From Basidiobolus meristosporus CBS 931.73 (taxonomy: Eukaryota > Fungi > Basidiobolomycota), in the NCBI GenBank assembly GCA_002104905.1, contig MCFE01000177.1:62001-126000 (forward strand): a DNA stretch of 64,000 nt, in the 5' to 3' direction. A model generated the notes under the pieces. The model saw only the letters and a program-made list of their open reading frames with translations. It made no database searches and had not been told where the DNA came from. Each line of letters starts with the position of its first letter. The first letter of the stretch is position 1. A program made the translations under genes and the position numbers. Shown in pieces: positions 63,274 to 64,000 of this stretch.

Positions 63274-64000
63274 GTTGCGCCGAGTTGTGGTTTCACTGAT
63301 GCACTTCAGATCTGGTATTCGTTTCAGCAATTAGCAGCTCATTGCAGCAGCAATAAGAAGCACAATTGAAGCATATCACTCCCTGACAAAGCAGATAACC
63401 GGGAAGCGCTTACGTAGATTTGAAGTGACGACAGAAAAGTGTTTCTCAAGATGTTGTGACCGGTACTGCAGAAATACTCTCAAGTCAATATTCGACTCTG
63501 CTGACTCACCATTCGCTTTCCAGCCCAGAGGTACTCTTCCATGTTGTGCCGGCTATCTTGATGTGATTCAAAGTACATACAGTTTCATACAATCATTTGT
63601 GATTTCTCATCTCTTGATCCATGCCTGATTCCTGCCCACATACTATGGCTTTGGCTAAATCTTGCTTTCTTTTAGGTTTTAGACTGGAATGATTTCACGT
63701 GAAATAGCTGCTCTGATGAGATGCAGATATGTAGACTGACCATGATGACAGGCCAGGAAAGAAGGGAACAAGCGTCCTTTGTCCTAGATTGCCTGATAGC
63801 GGTAGGATTCGTGTATTGTTGTTTTCTCGGTGAGCATTTACCAGGGCGAGGGTTTCTGGCTTTACCGATATCCCCCGGAGTCACTTTCAGTGGATAGTTT
63901 AAGGGCTAGGCGAACTGTGGGGATTGTAACAGCAAAAAATGGTTACGCTTGTCAATTACGCCATTGGCTGAACGATGTTCTAGATAAATCGTTACGGTCG

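Overview
Eukaryotic, almost certainly fungal, DNA. An early-diverging lineage is my inference from gene style, not something I can prove. Two transposon-filled blocks (about 1-43.5 kb and 53.7-61.95 kb) are nearly devoid of CpG. Two segments retain CpG (about 43.7-53.7 kb and 61.95-64 kb). The first CpG-rich island carries three host genes: a secreted chitin deacetylase with three CBM18 modules, a three-exon secreted protein made of two tandem Kre9/KNH-like domains, and a four-exon dipeptidyl peptidase III. The TE blocks can be resolved by LTR termini and target-site duplications (TSDs). They hold a self-nesting Ty3/Gypsy family, a very young Copia, a second Copia family in several ages, a decayed chromovirus, two unrelated solo LTR-like inserts, fossils of a CACTA/EnSpm-type DNA transposon, and four ~733-bp foldback elements (345-bp arms, 40-bp spacer, 3-bp TSD). 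The most interesting item is an intact stand-alone Gypsy-type gag/capsid ORF (62274-63050, minus strand). It sits in CpG-retaining DNA with a TATA box and an AATAAA, and no pol, PBS or LTR pair is visible, so it is a candidate domesticated capsid gene. All counts were made by eye and no database searches were run.
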